Shown: piece by piece, positions 61,033 through 64,000 of the stretch
How the letters are laid out: each line of letters opens with the position of its first letter
How positions within the stretch are numbered: the first letter of the stretch is position 1
NCBI GenBank assembly: GCA_030141605.1
Contig: JAQGDQ010000625.1
Location: 60,780 to 124,779 of the forward strand
Direction: 5' to 3'
Length of the DNA stretch: 64,000 nt
Origin: Tubiluchus corallicola
Lineage: Eukaryota; Animalia; Priapulida
The notes under the pieces: model-generated
Database searches by the model: none
What the model was told of the DNA's origin: nothing
The model's input: only the letters and a program-made list of their open reading frames with translations
Made by a program: the position numbers and the translations under genes

Positions 61033-63596
61033 ATGATATTCTTTGTAACAGTAACTGTTGCCAATTCATTCTTGTTGCTGTTTTTAGCGAAATTTGTTTG
61101 CATTGTTGATAGTTTTAATAGCCGATTGCAGTGAGTATTCCGACATTTTTCATAATAAAAATTTAGTGTTCTTATTAGCTAATTTCTTTTTTATTATTTT
61201 GCATAAAAATTATGTGGTTTTAAAAATGCATTTTTTGAAAATTTGAAAGTTGAGTATTTTCTTATACATGTACTTATACATTTTAGATGTGTTGTAAAGC
61301 TAATGACATAATTAAATACAGCGTTTGTGGCAATTTTAGTTCAGTTTTACTGATTTTAGTAGTAGATTTCTGAAGGTACAAGTAATCGAATGTGTAGTGA
61401 ACATTTATTCATTATTACTTCCAAATATAAAAGTTGTGTTATTAATAATATGTGACTATTACTAAGCACACAAAATTGGATTTATTGGCGACCGATTTTA
61501 AACACACTGTTCATTATCAAGGCATCTAAAACAAAGAAATTTAAATTTCTGGTAAATTTCTTTGTTTTAGATGCCTTGACAATGAACAGTTTGTTTGAAA
61601 CCGGACGGCAATAAATCCAATTTTGATGTAGTTACATCTATTTGCCAAGTGTGGATAATTCAATAACTAAGTGTAAATTCATTTTTTGCCTACATTGATG
61701 TCATTATTTTTGGTACATGTATTTAACCTCCTTCGCAGTCTATGGGCTATGCACTAGTTAATAGCTAAGTATAGTAAATATTGCCAATCGCAACTTAAGA
61801 AGTCGTTAGTCGGTCTGCCTGATTTGCCCATAGATATTTTGCATTTGTCTGTTTAACGTTTTAAAGATGTGCCATATTACCAACGCGTGTTACTATTCTG
61901 CGACTTTTAAAGCATGTAAAATGCAATAATCTAATAATTATTCGATTTTTATTAAGATTCTAAGTCTGTATAATATCTGCGGTCGGCAGTATCTACGTTA
62001 AGTGGATTGTTGTTGAATGATTTACCCCGGGTGATTGAGTACCGCACCGTATAAGTTGTTGGACTCAAGCTTTTATAGTTTTAAATGATTTTTGGACAAG
62101 TTTGGGAAGTTGGTGAATCACCCTCATTGCTTTGTTTATGTAGATTTACTTGGCCATTGTTACTAAGACGCAATGCTCAGTCCTTTCTGGCACATGATGA
62201 AAGTGGCACAGGAGTTTTGCTTTTTTAATGTATTTTATGTTAGTATAGTAATAGTAATTGTACCTCTTCAAATTTAACATTTTCTATCAATTTGACAAGA
62301 AGATGATGAATGGTTCCATGCCCATGATAGAATGTGTGAATTGTTTACGGCACTTAATTATGGATTCTCAGAACAAAAGAGGACAGGTGGCTAGCCTGTC
62401 TCGCGACCACCTTTTAGTTTTATTTAGCATCCATTAACAGGTATTTGAGTAAGGCTGAGAAGACCCGCAAGAAAGTCCTGTTGGAGCGGTGAATTGTATA
62501 AAATACCCCAACCTGAGTAGCAGTCAAATCTACAACCTTTGGACTGGTAGCTAAATGCTGTAGCACTAGGGAGATAACCTTTTCCTGTTGTTAATTTTTA
62601 TCTTATCGGGGATTTAAGTTTCAACTTTCTTTGTTAAATTTAATCTGCAAGTTTATTGTCTGTTATTAATTTTCTTAGGCCAGCGATTTTATCAGAGAAT
62701 GGCAACTTGGTCTTCCAATCAGCGGTCAGCAAAAACATCACATTTACGTCACGAGATGGAGCAGGAATTTTTATAGAAACAGAAAATCTTTTAACAATTG
62801 CTCAGATGGTAAGGCATATTTGATGGAAACTTATATATATATATAAGTTTCCATCATTTATATATAAATAATATATAATAATCTTTATTTGCCATTAAAA
62901 TACATTGATAGTCACTGATAAAAACTTTATAGAGATGATCAATCAGTGTTAGTTAATAAAGCTAATAAAGTTAATAAAGTTAGTATTAGCTAAAGGCAAA
63001 TGCGTCAGTGCAATCTAAACTACTGTGCAGTAATGGAAAGTAACGACGAATAAAATCAAACGTATTTACAACTATGCACAAAAAATGAAAAAAATCAAGA
63101 GTCAAATAAATAAGATTTCGTGTCTTATGTCTTATTTATTTATTTTATTGGGATTTTTGTTTTTAAGAATCGTATTTGTGCAGCTGGTCAGCACTTTTGG
63201 TTCGAATAGATAATTTCACTACTTGTAAAGTCAAAAGTAAAGTAGCAAGACAAAAGACAAGATAAAACCATAAGTTTTATGTTCAACTTTAGATGAAAAT
63301 GAGTTTAGTTCACCCAAAGCACTTCTTGTGAACGTAAATGTAGGTATTTGAATTATTGTAGATCGTTGCTGATAAATTTAGCCGACAACCAATAATGGCA
63401 TTTATTGTATTATTCACAATAAGTATCATTGCTGCTGCTAAATTTTGTCATGTCTGTTGATTGTGAGATTGCTTGATTACACTTGGCTGAAATCAGTATA
63501 AAACAGTAGTAACCGACTAAGCTGTTTTCACTTTTTCAGGCTAAGGATGCTGCTGAACAGATTCTGAATCTACAGACAATAATGAATAGCGGTGGC
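61033..63596 (+). CDS. CUBN: cubilin (or cubilin-like), N-terminal three exons; gene continues beyond the window
   Basis: Exons 61033-61130 (signal-peptide-like MIFFVTVTVANSFLLLFLAKFVCIVDSFNSRLQ), 62679-62808 (PAILSENGNLVFQSAVSKNITFTSRDGAGIFIETENLLTIAQM), 63540-63596 (AKDAAEQILNLQTIMNSGG). Phases fit. Exon 2 resembles the human cubilin N-terminal segment as recalled ([24 protein letters not shown]), followed by a coiled-coil-like helix. Confidence 0.8.
61471..61625. repeat. 155-bp palindrome (Penelope pLTR-like) in cubilin intron 1
   Basis: ~70-bp inverted arms; right arm TTGACAATG-AAC-AGTTT-GTT-TGAAACCGG...AATAAA. Confidence 0.7.
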
Positions 63597-64000
63597 GTGA
63601 GTGTCTAATTTATTGCCTTTGTAATTAGATGGCTAAGCTTCATTATGTTCAGTTCATTGGAAACTTGTTCTTAATATTTTACCAACTCCTTATGGTAAAT
63701 ATGCTGGTTTTTGCAATTGCAATAACTTTTTTACTCAAGTGTAAATACGATTTCCTCTGATATAGCTTGCTAATCATATATTTTGTTATGTACATATTCT
63801 CGCATCAATGCTGACATTTCACATGTTTACCAACCCAATGGAAAACTTGAAATATATATTTTACTACGTCTGCAAGAATAAACCAAGAAATAAAATTTTT
63901 GTTATTATGTTGGGGATGCGAATTGTGCAACTTTAGTATTTGTGCTACCTTCTTATAAAAAAATCTCCAACAACATAATTGTGCTTTAACATGTACATAA

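Overview
AT-rich, intron-rich animal (invertebrate) genomic DNA, not prokaryotic; most ORFs in the supplied track are spurious. Reading splice sites by hand gives five genes. (1) Rheb small GTPase (- strand, 6 exons 13165->3238; last exon lies outside the window). (2) NIT2 omega-amidase (+, 13372-21764), head-to-head with Rheb across a 206-bp gap. (3) A single-exon, divergent class A GPCR (+, 26608-27588). (4) FBXL20/FBXL2 F-box/LRR protein (-, 14 exons 59280->34541). (5) The first three exons of cubilin (+, from 61033). Introns hold minisatellites (38, 63, 68 and 37 bp units), hAT/pogo/piggyBac MITEs, a tRNA-derived SINE family, RTE/CR1/L2 remnants, a Helitron and two Penelope-like palindromes. 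The most striking observation: NIT2 has two intact, highly diverged copies of its 121-bp exon 3, which encodes the catalytic glutamate and adjacent loop. Exactly one copy can be used per in-frame transcript, which points to mutually exclusive splicing of the active site.
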